In this document: positions 25,117 through 36,618 of the stretch, piece by piece
How positions within the stretch are numbered: the first letter of the stretch is position 1
Layout of the letters: each line of letters opens with the position of its first letter
Assembly (NCBI GenBank): GCA_004431415.1
Contig: QPMI01000656.1
Location: 29,773 to 93,772 of the forward strand
Origin: Cyanophora paradoxa CCMP329
Lineage: Eukaryota; Plantae; Glaucophyta
Reading direction: 5' to 3'
DNA: 64,000 nucleotides
Position numbers and translations under genes: made by a program
Notes under the pieces: model-generated
What the model was told of the DNA's origin: nothing
Database searches by the model: none
The model's input: only the letters and a program-made list of their open reading frames with translations

Positions 25117-26605
25117 TCAGAGGAGGGCGAAGGGGCCGACGTCGGCGTCGAACTTCTCGTCGCTGCCGATGACCACCATCTGCCCCCGCCGCCGCCGCGT
25201 CGGGCCCCGCCGCCCCGGGGGGCCCCAGCGAGGGAGTGCCCGGGTCCCCCCCCGCACCTGGTAAGTGCCCTTCATGCAGCCGGCGATCTCCCCGTTGCCG
25301 AGGCGCCTGCGGGGGCGGGCGGGTGAGGGGGCGGGGGCGGGGGGGAGGGGGCGGGGCGGGGCGGGCCTGTTGAGGCTGATCGGGCACGCGGACGTGTACT
25401 CGAAGCTCTTCCCGGGCTCCAGCACCGGCGTCTCCCCGACCACTGCCCCCCGAGAGACCGCCGGCGTCGGGAGAGGCGGCGCGGGGGGGCGGCCTGTCGG
25501 GGGCGCGCGCGCGCGCGGGGCAGGCGCACGCACCACCCGGCCCGCGGACGTGCTCGATGTTGCCGTCGGCGTCCTTGATGACCCAGTGCCTGGAGAGCAG
25601 CTGCACCGTCTCGTCCCCCTCGTCTGCTCGCCGGCAGCGGTGGGCCCGGGCGGGGCGGGGCGGGGCGGGGCGGGGCGGCAGGCGGGGCGGGCGCACTGGT
25701 GATGTTGATGGCGTACGCGAAGAAGAAGTAGTTGTCGTCCGGCGAGCTCCGGTTCGGCACCAGGTACGAGCGCGCCCGCACCCGCACGCCCTGCCCCGCC
25801 CCCGCCGCGTCGGCGCGCGGGGGGGCGGGGGCGGCGGCGGCGGCGGCGGCGCGCACGTTCGTGGAGACGTCGCTGACGTTGGAGATCGGGAAGTCGCTGA
25901 TGCCCTCCTTGGGCTCGTTCAACGCGTCCTCGGAAATGCTGAGGAGCTCGTCCCGGATCTTATGCGCGCGTGAGCGGAGGACCGGCGGCGATCGGCGACG
26001 GCGGGCCGGCCGACCTGCGCGGCGAGCTCGTACTCCTCCGCGGCGACCGCCCGAGCCATGTCCTCGCGCAGGAACCTGCGGTGGGCGGCGTGGCGTCGGC
26101 GCTGGGGCCAATCAATCATCCTCAGAGGGCATTTGACCGCGCTCGGAGGCCAACATCCGTCTTCGCGAGCTCCTTAAGCTCTGCGAGCCACTATGAGCGC
26201 ATGTATGCAGCCGGCCGCCACGGCCTGCCGGCCGGAGCCTCGGTAGATCTAGAACGAACCGCTCTGAAGCTGAGCTGCCTGCGAATAATCTTCGGCAGCA
26301 ACGGCAGACTCGATGTCTTTCAGAAGCTGCTTCGCAGCTGGGCTGGGATGAAGGGCGGTCGCGCTTGTTGGGGTCTCGGCGACAATGCGGCCAATGAATC
26401 TCGCGGCCGGGGCTGGGGTGGCCTGGACACCGAATCGAACGCGAACACCCAACCAAGCCTTCTGGAAGCTTCCTACGCGCTGGGCTGCACGCGCTTCTGG
26501 GAGCCGACCACTGCACGCGACCACGCGGGCCGCCCGGATGCACGCCACAGGCGCACCCGCGCGAGCCGACAACGCCGAAGGAACGCCCGGGCCGAGGCTG
26601 AACAT
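25117..26605 (-). CDS. apaG: UVR(x2)-ApaG domain protein with probable plastid transit peptide
   Basis: ApaG: GVRVRARSYLVPNRSSPDDNYFFFAYAINITN...VQLLSRHWVI...[26 protein letters not shown]...MKGTY. UVR motifs: AVAAEDYSQAAQL and AVAAEEYELAAQIRD. Ala/Ser/Arg-rich N-terminus starting MFS. Confidence 0.9.
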
Positions 26606-26999
26606 CCTGCCTGCACCGACGAACGCGTACCCCCCGATGCAGTACTCCCCCAGGTCAACTGACCTTCGTCAAGTGATCAACTGACCTTCGTCAAGCGACT
26701 CAGTGAGGCGCCGAGCCACCGACAACATCCGCCTGCTCCCGAAATAGCATTCCGGCTCCTTTGGCCGCAGGCCACCGAAGTTGTTCCCTCTCTCCAAGGT
26801 ACGCGATCTGATCGGTCACTTGACGAGCCAACTTGTGTGACCTCAATGTCAGGTCACATACGTCTTCTGACGCCGAGCTTAAGAGGAGAGCTCATCAGGC
26901 AGCCGGGCATTCGTACTTCAGCTTGCTCAACTTCACCACTGGCATTCGACCTGCTCAAGCTTCGGCGCCAGCTCTACCGCGAGCGGAGAGAGATCAAGA

Positions 27000-28283
27000 A
27001 TGTCGGATGTCATAGACAGGCGAGCGCAAGAACTGCCGGCCGCGGCTCTCGCAGCGGATGCGGAGGCGGCGGCACCAGCACTGCGGCCAGCCCCTCGACC
27101 AGCGCGACGGTTGTACGGCAGGGCCGCGCTCCCAATCCAAACGATCGTGGACATGGCTATGGAGTGCATACAAAATTGCCCTGATCTGGGGCGGAGAGCA
27201 AGGATAGTCGGACGACTCGCGCCGCTCCTGCACCGGCGACCAGGGGTGCGCAGAGCCATCCTAGAGGCCGCCGCGAATTCCGTCGCTTAAATAGAGGCTT
27301 TCAGGCGAGCGTTCCTCTGCGCGTTCACCGAGCCCCCTCTCGCTGCGCAGACGAACCCCGGCGGGCGCCAGAGGATCGTGGAAGAGCTGCAGGAGATCCT
27401 GGGCGACCTCTACCCCGCGCTGGTCGCGAGGATCGCCGACGTGGTGCCGCTCCTCCCGGTGCGCGGCGCGGCTCGAGCTTCACGCGGGGACGTTCGCGTT
27501 CGGGGCGCTCACGGGGCGGGGCAGCTGGACGTGGAGTACGAGGCGCCGGTGCTGGAGCCGCTCGTGGCGTCGTTCCTCTCGGAGGCGCAGCAGGCGACCT
27601 TCCGCGCGCTGGAGCCGGAGCACCGCAGGCGCTACTGCCACAAGCTCCTGCTCAACAACCCCGGGGTCCGCGGCGCCGCTCCGACCCCGATCGCGCCCGA
27701 GCCGGCGGCTCACGGGCGAGCGCGCGCGCAGCTGAAGGCGCTCTACAGGCGGAAGCTCGCGGAGCGGGGCCTTGCGTGCGTCGAGGCCGCCGGCCCCTCG
27801 GTTCGGGCCGGCGCGGGCCGCTCACGAGTGCGCGCAGGGGCGACTCGCCGGCGGCGAAGCGCAGGCGGGCCCTTGCCGTCGTCTGTGAGACCACGGCCCC
27901 CATCCCCGCGCCCGAGGCGGCGGCGGCGGCGGCCGCCGCCGCCAAGGAGGAGGATCCGGAGGAGCGCGCCCCCGAGCCCAAGCCCAAGCGGGAGGCGGAG
28001 CCCAAGCGCGAGATCGAGCACCACGCCCCCGAGTGCTGCGTCTGGTGCGCCCCGGCCCCGCCCCGGCCCCGCCCCGCCCGGCCCGGCCCTCTCCTCCCCC
28101 GCTGAGCGGCGCGCGGGCAGCCGGGGCGGGGCGCCGTCGGTGCTGCTTCTGCCGTGCAAGCACCTCGCCTACTGCGGCTGCTGCTGGGCAGAGCCGGCGC
28201 AGCGCCGGCGCCTCCTCGGCATGGGGTGCCCCCTCTGCCGCGCCTCCATCGACGCCTTCATCCCGGGGGTCGTCCTGCCTTGA
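27000..28283 (+). CDS. C-terminal RING-HC (C3HC4) protein, putative E3 ligase, multi-exon
   Basis: ECCV|C...SVLLLPCKHLAYCGCC...CPLCRASI. The start position is uncertain. Confidence 0.8.
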
Positions 28284-28768
28284 TTGCGGGGGTCGTCATG
28301 CCTTGCGAAAAGGCCTTCCGTTTACGTATACGTATGAGCTTCTTGTTCTTAAGGCATAGATCCCTGAGACGTCGACCCCCGAATATCATAAACATAAATA
28401 CTTTAGTGCGCATAAATCTTTCTGGCGCGGCAGCTGTGCGCATTTTCCGTCCCCGTAGGCCGGGGGCCTCGCGCATTATGTATATCGCATTTCAAATACT
28501 GTAGTATACTATGCTTCACTCTCGACGTGTTCACCGATCTCTTAGTGCTTAATAGACTTTACGAGTAGAGTTCTCGTTCTCGTATTTTAGTCCGAACATG
28601 TAGAGCGGTAGAGCGTTTGCGGTCACAATGCGATGAACAGCGGTCTGAACAGCGGTAGAGCTGCGATGGTCTGCAGCTGGTCTTTCGTTCGCAGTGGAGT
28701 GTGAAGCAGTCGCAGAAGAAGCGTTATGTGCACGACAAGAAATTGAGAATTATAATGATCGGATCAGA

Positions 28769-31059
28769 TCAGAGCAAGCGGACGTCCCAGCGGGGGAGGA
28801 GGGCGCGGAAGCGGCGGGCGGCGGCGGCGCAGGCCGGCCCCTCGCCGAGGCCGCCCCCGGGGACCCAGAGCTCCAGCCCCGCCCCGCAGCCGGGCCCAAG
28901 CCCCCGGCCGCCCCCCGCCGGCTCCAGCGCGCCCAGCGGCGCCAGCGCCGCTTCAAAGGCGGCGGCGTCTCGCGGGGGCCGCAGAGGAGGCGGGCGTGGC
29001 GCAGGCGGCGGCAGGCGGCCAGCGCGGCGAGCTCGGCGCCGGCGGCTTCGGGCCCAGCGCCGTGCGGCGGTACGAGACGAGCGCGCCGCGCGCCGCGCGG
29101 AGGAGGCCGGCCGCCCGCTCGGAGACGGGGTCGGGCCCGGGGGCCGCCGGCGCCCAAGAGGCCACGGGGTGCAGGGAGAGGGAGAGGTCGCGCAGGGCGG
29201 GGAGGGCGGGGAGGGCGGCGGCGAGGCCGGCGAGGCCGGAGGCGACCCCCCCGGTGCTCCCCTCCAGCCGCACCCGGAGCCTCTCCAGGCCCCAGAGCCG
29301 CCCGAGGGCCAGCGTCTGCCCCTCGTCCCCGGCGGCAGGGGCGAGGCCCACGGCGAGCTCCCTCAGCCGCCCCAGCGCCGCCAGCTCCTCGTCCGCCGGC
29401 GCCTCCGAGAGCACGTACCCGTCGCCGTCCGCCAGCGCCAGGCTTCGCAGGGAGCCCTGCGCCCCCGTCGCACTGGGCGAACGTGTGCGCGTGCGAATCG
29501 AGGGCGGGCACCAGTCTCTGAAGGGGGGCGAGCGAGGGCACGTGGTACTCGCGAGCGCAGGGTCGCCGAGCAGCCAGCGGCCCCGAAAGGCTCAGAGCCT
29601 CCAGCGTACCCCGCTCGCCCACCGCCTCCACCAGCGCAGCCAGCGATGAGTCCGCCAGGGGTAGGTCTGCGCATAGTTTTTGAGCGCGGGTGAGGGATAC
29701 GGGATTTCGGGAGGGGTACGCGGTTACCAAGCTGCAGACGACGGAGGCAGCGGAGGCGCCCGACCGTGCGCATAGCGGCCTCTCCGAGCCCCTCGCGGAG
29801 TTCGAACGTGTCGGCGCTTTTCCGGCCAGCCAGGCGCAGCTCCTCAAGAGAGGGGTACATCTCCGCGACGGCCTCCACGACCTTGAGCGTCGGGGACCAG
29901 TACCCCGCCTCTTCGCCTGCGTGCGGTTCGGCTCCGGCGGGGTCCGGGTTCCTCCCTACCCCTCTCCCGGCGCGCACCCCTTTCCTCCTTCTCCTCTTCG
30001 CCTTCTTCGTCGTCGATGGGGGCGGGCGCGCAGAGGCCGAGCGACGTGAGCGCGGGGGCCGCGCCGGCCAGCGCCGCCACGAAGGGGCCGTCCGCGTCGC
30101 AGTACCCCGCCAGGTCCAGCCGCCGCAGCGCCGGGAGGCCGCGCAGGCCCGCGAGCAGCGCCTCCAGCGTCGCGCCCGCTGCATGGGGCGCGTGAGCGAC
30201 GCGGCGGAGGCGGGGCCGGCGGGGCCGCGCGCCGGCGGCGGGTCGCGCACTTGGGGCGGCGAAGGCGAAGGTGCGGTCCGGTATGTTCAAGTCGATGCGG
30301 AGCTCGACGAGCGTCGAAGCGGAGCGCTCCGCCAGCGCCGACGCCAGCGCGGCCGCGTACGCGTGCCGCGGCGCCACGCCTCGCACGACCGCGGCAGCCG
30401 ACGGCGGCTTCGGCGGGACCGGCTTGCGCACGCTGCCCCAGTTGCGGCGGGGCGGCCGCGGCGGCACCGCGGCGACGTCGGCGTGGCACAGGCTGACGCG
30501 CTGCAGGCCTCCCAGCGAGCGCGCCATCTTCAGGACCTGCGGATCGAATTTGATCTGGAGCCGGCGCGGCGCCGGCGCTAGCGCTCGAGCTGTAGCAGCG
30601 CACGCTCTCTGCGACGCTCGGGCCAGGTGCACGCGGCTCGGAAGTCCACGCATCCACGGCGAGCTCCGATGCCAGCAGCGAGCCGCCGCGCGCGCGCTCA
30701 CCCCACGCGTCGATCCGGAAGTCCGGCGGCAGCTGCAGGTCCAGCGCCTCGAGGTCGTGGTGCGGAGGATGAATACCGATAATCGGCCAGACAACTCCGA
30801 GCAACGCTGAGGCGATGCGCCGACTGACGAGGGCCAGCCTGCAAGCCTCCCAGGCCTTGTCCAAGCCAACCAGCCGTATGACCTTGTCCAGTATCGCGTC
30901 GGGGAGCGATTCCAGCAGCGACAATCCAGTCGGCGCTGGTGCAGGCTCCGCTAGGATCCTCGCTAGAGCTAAGCTGGCCGGGGGCTCGCGGGGCTGCGAC
31001 TCCTTAAGCTTCGAGCTGGGACCGGCGGAATCGCACTTGGCGCGCTTCCTCGGCGGCAT
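28769..31059 (-). CDS. F-box / LRR protein, multi-exon
   Basis: MPPRKRAK start; F-box LLESLPDAILDKVI...LALVSRRI; LRRs GLQRVSL, ALRRLDL, ALTSLGL, SLEELRL, CLRRLQL. Confidence 0.75.
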
Positions 31060-31182
31060 CTGCACTGAAGACGCCGATTGCCGGCTCCGGACGTCGACTG
31101 AGTTGCGTGGCCGTAATGCGTGCTGCTGGGCTGCTTGTACCCCCAACCGCCAGCGTGGCTCCTTAAGTGTCGCGGTGCGAAG

Positions 31183-34100
31183 ATGGTAGACACAAGGTGC
31201 GAATGCGCGGCGCGCAGCTAAAGCGCGTGACGTCCGGCGGCGCACGCGTCGCCGGTCATAGCGACCGCAGCCCTTCAGCAGCGACCGCACGTTCCCCTCG
31301 GTGTCCGACGCACGCGCTGATCCCGCATCGATGTCTGTGCGCAGCTATGAGCTCTCGTGGCTCGTCGAGGAGTCCGCGTTGTCGCCGCGCGGCGGAAAGA
31401 AGGGTGAAGAGAAGTTCAGGATGACGCTGCTGGAGGTCCTGGCACGTGAGGGTTCGTTTGCGATGTTTCTTTTTAGCACGCGATGGTTGTGCCGCGCCGG
31501 CTTTCATCGGGCGTTGACGCGCCAGGCACCGCTGCCGTTTGACGCCTCGTCCACAGGCATCATGAGCGTCCTCAAGCAGCTTGCGGACGATCTCAGCCAC
31601 AGCCGCTCCTCTCGGCGCCTGCGGCTCCTGATGCAGTCGCACGAGGTCCGCGCCGGGAGGTCGGAGTCTCGCAGCTCCGGCGGATCCCTGACGTAACGCC
31701 CGCAGGTCGTCCAGCAGCTCTCGGCGTTGCGCGAGGAGCAGAACACGGCCGTTCGAGCGCTGATTAAGAACCATGGGGCGCTCGTCGCGGAGGCGCGACC
31801 CCCGCCCCGCCCCGCCGGCCGGCCGCCTCACCGACATTTGATCCGCAGCGGGACGACGCGTGCCAGGACCGAGAGGCGGCGGCGAAGGACCTGGACGCGC
31901 TCCTGCGGAGCCTGGACGCGGCGCGGGGCTCCCTCGTCCGCCTGGAGTACCACGCCCGCTCCCTCCTCCACCTCCCCGAGGCCCGCGGTGCGGCCGCGCC
32001 CCGCGCCCCGCGCCCGTCCCGCCCCCCCGCCCTCACGCGGGCGCTGCAGGCCTGCGAGTGGTGCTGGAGGAGCTGCGGGCCGAGCGGGCGCCGCTGCCAG
32101 TCTTCGGCGGGTCGACGCAGGCGCTGGCGGCGCTGGCGAGCCCCGGGGGCGGGCAGGAGGAGGGGGCGGGGGCGGGGGCGGCGGGAGCCTCGCCGGGCGG
32201 CCTCTCGCGGCACGCCTCGCTCTCCGTGGCGGCGGCCAAGACCGACCGCGAGCGCGCCGACAACGCCGCCCAGGTGCCCCCGATCCCCGGGCCCGGGGGC
32301 GCCCCCGCCCCGGCTGAGGCCTTCCGCAGTGGTCGCCGCGGCGGGTGGATGCGGAGCGGCAGCGGCGGCACCGGGCGGTGGGCGCCGTGCGTGAGCTGGT
32401 GGCCCGCGCGGTGGCCGTCCCCGCGCCGGCGCCGCCCCTCCACGCCGAGCTCGCCTCGGCCCTCCACGAGCTCTGCACCGACGCCGAGCAGGCCCGCCCC
32501 CCGCCCGCCCCCCGCCCGCCCGCCTTCCTCCCCGCGCCCGCCCCGACTCCCCGCCCGCAGCTCCTCGCCGAGAACGAGTCGCTGCGGGAGGCGCTGGCCG
32601 TCGCCAGGCGCCGCCCTTCGCCCCGCGACCGCTCTCTTCGCTCGAGCTCTAACGCGGGGCGCGCCGGCGCAGGGCCCCGCCCCTCCCGGACACCGCGACG
32701 CCGCGCAACGCCCCGACGGTCCGGACGGCCGCGCAGCCGCCGCAGCCGTGGGCCTGACGGGGCGGGCAGGACGAGACGGGGAGCCCGCAGAACACGCCCG
32801 AGTGGCGCGTCCGCATGCTCCGCCAGGCGCGCCCCGCCCCGCCGGGCCCCTCGCCCCGCCCCGCCCCGCCCCGCCGAGCACTGCGCCGCTCACGGCGGCC
32901 GCAGAAGACGGCGCTGCAGAAGGCGCTGGGGCAGGCGCGGGACCAGCGGGACGCCCTCGCCCGCGAGCTACAGGCCGAGATCCAGAGGTCAGTCGCCCGC
33001 GCGGGGCGGGGCGGGACCCGCCCCCGCCCGACTCCGCCTCGCGCAGGACGGGCCAGCTGCGGGAGCTGCTGCAGAAGGAGCAGGCGCGGGCGGCGCGCTC
33101 GGCGCGGGAGCGGGCGGCCCTCTACAAGCGCATCGAGGAGCTCGAGTCCAAGGCGCCCCCCCCCCCCCCCCCCCTCCCTCCCCTCTTCCCCTCCCATTCC
33201 TCCTCCTCCTCACGCGGGGCGCCGACGGACAGTTCCTGGGGGACCGCCCGCCCTTCAGGGTGCCGATGCCGCGCCCCCGCGAGACGCACCTCGAGGCCCT
33301 CAAGTTCCAGCTCCAGTCGGCGCGCCCCGCCCCGCCCCGCCCCGCCCGTGCTCGCTGGCTGAGGGTCTCGGCGGGGGCGGGGCGCAGTGCGAGGCGCACA
33401 TCGACGTGCTGGAGCGGCGGCTGAGGAAGGCGCGCGCCGGGGAGCGCTCCCGCCGCAACAGTGGCGCCAGCACCGCCCTGGGCCTCCCCCTCTCCCCGGG
33501 CAGCACCCTGGGCGCGCCCCTCTCGCCGGGCGGCGGCTGGGGCTCGGCGTCGGCCCCCGGCAGCTCGCCCCCGCCGATGCCGGCCTCGCCGGCCTCGCCC
33601 TCCCGGGGCCGGGGCCGAGGAGTCGGCCCTCGCCCACAAGCTCGCCGCCGCCGAGGCCCGGGTCCGCCCGCCCCGCCCCCGCCCCGCGCCTCGCCTCGCC
33701 CCGCCGCCCCGCCCCGCCCGCCTCACCTTCCTCCAGATCCGGGAGCTCACGGAGAAGCTGGAGGAGGAGGGGCACGGGGCGGGGCCCCTCTCCCGGGGCC
33801 CCCGCCCGCGGGCCACGAGGCCGGCGCCAGCCCCGCGAACCCCTTCGAGGCCCGCATCCGCACCCGCTTCGCCGCCGCCGCCGGCGCCGCCGCCGCCGCC
33901 TCCGGCTCCGGCTCCGGCCCCGGCGCCCCGGCCGGCGGCTCGCCCGACGCGCCCTCGTACCCGTCCCGCTGGCGAGCGCGCGGTCGGGGGCCGGGGAGGG
34001 GCCCGGGTCCCCCGAGGAGGGCTCGCAGGAGTGGGCGCGGGCCGCCTCGTGCGCGCCGAGGCGCACATCCGCTCCCTCCTGCAGACCCTCTCCGACGCCC

Positions 34101-34714
34101 TCGCCGAGCCCGGCACGCCCGCCCGCCCGGGGGCGGGGGCCCCGCACGCCGGCCCCGGCGGCGACGACGAGGCGGAGGACGCGCTGGTGCGGGACGCGGC
34201 CGTCGCGGCGGCCGAGGCCTCCTCGGCGCTCACCGCCCTCGCCGGGCCCCGCGCCCTCTCCCGCCCCTCCTCCCTCTCCCGCGCCTCCGCCGCCGCCGCG
34301 CTGGCCGCGGCGGCGGGACCCCGCCGGGCGGGTCGCTGCCGGTGCGGCTGAGGGGCGAGCAGCCGCAGCAGCAGCAGCCGCAGCCGCAGCAGGCGGGGCT
34401 CCCCCGCTCCTCCTCCAAGCCCCGCCCCGCCCTCGTCCAGGGCGGCGAGTCCGTCTTCTCCGCCCCCGCCGCCCCGAGGCCGCCCCCGAGGCCCCGGCCC
34501 CGAGGCGCCGGCCGCGGAGCAGGCGCCGGCGCCGGCCTCGCCGGGTCCCGCCGAGGGGGCCCCGGGCGAGGGCGAGGAGGCGCCGGCCTCTCCGGCCTCC
34601 CCGGGGGCGGCCTCGGCGGAGGGCGGGGCGGGGTGCGAGGCGGGGGCCGGGGAGGGCCAGGCGGGGGCGGGGGGCGAGGCCCTCCCCGGCAGCGGCGTCA
34701 TGTACCGCCTGTAG
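31183..34714 (+). CDS. large coiled-coil protein with many short introns
   Basis: Heptad-like exons (LSALREEQNTAVRALIKNH, LLAENESLREALAVAR, ALQKALGQARDQRDALARELQAEIQR) are joined by recognisable introns. Confidence 0.65.
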
Positions 34715-35411
34715 CCGCAGAGCAGATCCCCGCGCAAGGTGGCACCCGCGTGCAGTCCACGAGCACGAGGGCCTCGTAGCTATGGGGAGGTAGGCCCAGC
34801 ACTGGTGCGATGACGAGCCGGGCCCCCGCGCGCGCGCCAGGCCGCGGACGGGCCGCCGCCGGCCCTTTTTCTGGCTTGCAATTGATCCTGACGGCCCTCC
34901 GCGGCCGGCCCCTGTGTGTTGACGCTTTGATTTGTTCCTTCCTCGTTTCGAATGAACTACACACGCTGTCACTAAACCCATCACACATGAACGCATCGCA
35001 TCAACTATAGCTACTGAACGAAGTGCACGTGGCGCGGGAGGGATTGCAAGGCTGGCGGACAGAAACATGCGAATTCCGGAAAGCTGGCTACTTGTCTAGT
35101 CGAGAAGGGCGCGCGAACGCGCGAAGCGGATGGGTCTCGGCGCGGGGGGGCGCACTGCAGTGGCTGGGGGAAACTAACGGAGTAAGGGGCTAGCTAGCTA
35201 CCTTTCCTGGCGCGGAAGACTACTATATAGATATGTATAGATATATAACACGGATGTCGATCATCTGATGGACGGCGTGGTTTTCGTCCATCGGGAAGCG
35301 GAGAGTTCGAGGGCGGTCCTAAAACGCATGAAAACCAGGGGCCGGGGCGGCCGGGGCGGGCGGGCACAGAGCAGTCGCGATCGTATGCGAGGCAGAGAAC
35401 GGGGCGAGGGC

Positions 35412-36369
35412 TCAGAGGAGGGAGGAGAGGTCCTGGCCGTGGGCGAGGGCGAGGGCGACGGCGCCGTAGAGCTCGGCGTACTGCTCGCTCATCTCGCCCG
35501 ACGAGGGTACCCCCGCGTCGCCCTCCGCCCCCGTCGACGGGTCCACGTCCTCCTGCGGGGTACCGCCGCGTCAGAGGGACGGCGCAGCGCGATCAAATCC
35601 GCGGCGCGCACCGCGACGGAGTGGTCGCTCGGGTCGGCACCCGCCTGCTCCTGGTCCGACGTGTCTACCGTGAACTTGTACGCGTCCAGCCGCTTGCTCA
35701 TGCTGCGGAGAGGCCCGTCAGCGGCCGCGGTGCGGGGCGCGCGCGCGAAACGCCCGCACCAGCGTAGGCTTTCAAGGACGATAGGGAGCGGCTTCCCGGC
35801 CTCTTGCTGCATGGTCTGCAGGATCTCCTGGGTGGAGATCATCGCCTTGACGAACTTCGCGCCGGAGGATCCGCCCCGCTGGGAGCTGCATCCCTCATCC
35901 AGGCTGCGCGGCGAGAGCTTCCGCTTCTCGTGGAGAGCGGCCTGCGCGCGCCGTCAGGGCCCGATAAACCTCACGAGGAAGCATAACGCACGCTAAAGGG
36001 GACCTCGGGGGTGCGAAGGGGAAGGGCGACCTTGTTCGTATCATCCGAAAGCACGGGCCTGCCCGGGCCCGAGGCCTTCGCGGCGGCGAGCGCGGGTGCC
36101 GTCCAGCCAGCTGCAAGGTTTCGACCGGTCCTGGACGACAACTGGCTGAGGACATCCGGGGACTGCGCATGGCGCGATCTGGTCAACACGCGACCGCACG
36201 CGACGGTCTGGTTCTGGGGGCTCACGCGCTGGGCCCAGCTCGACGAAAAGCTCTTCAGATGACCATCCAACCCAATGGGCTTGCGAACAGGGGTCCGCTC
36301 GCCTTCGTCGTCGCTGCTCTCGGGAGACCGCGGTGCTTCCCGTAGCGCGCCTGGGTCGATGCGAGGCAT
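35412..36369 (-). CDS. hypothetical protein, multi-exon
   Basis: Splices with GT-AG introns into one frame: MPRIDPG...VKAMISTQEILQTMQQE...EQYAELYGAVALALAHGQDLSSLL*. Confidence 0.6.
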
Positions 36370-36618
36370 GGCTATGAATGCCGGATGCTGGGCGAGCAGC
36401 CGGCCAGCTGTTTGCGAGAGTTTCCGCTGTTTTTCACCGGCTCGTTGAGTCGACGTTGACCAATAGGGGGGTACGAGCCCTCGCCACCGACCGCTCCGCA
36501 GACCGCTCCGCAATGTGAATCTCGCTCGCCGCGCGTCGCTAAGCCGAGATTGATTCTAGATCTGTGCTTGCTAGTCGAGCGATCAAGGGCGAGGTCCGCG
36601 ACCAGCTGCAGCCGCGCG

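Noticed and set aside
19900-34800. Many long overlapping Arg/Gly/Pro/Ala-rich ORFs on both strands
   Set aside because: They result from stop-codon scarcity at high GC and read-through of introns. The real genes are the spliced models listed.
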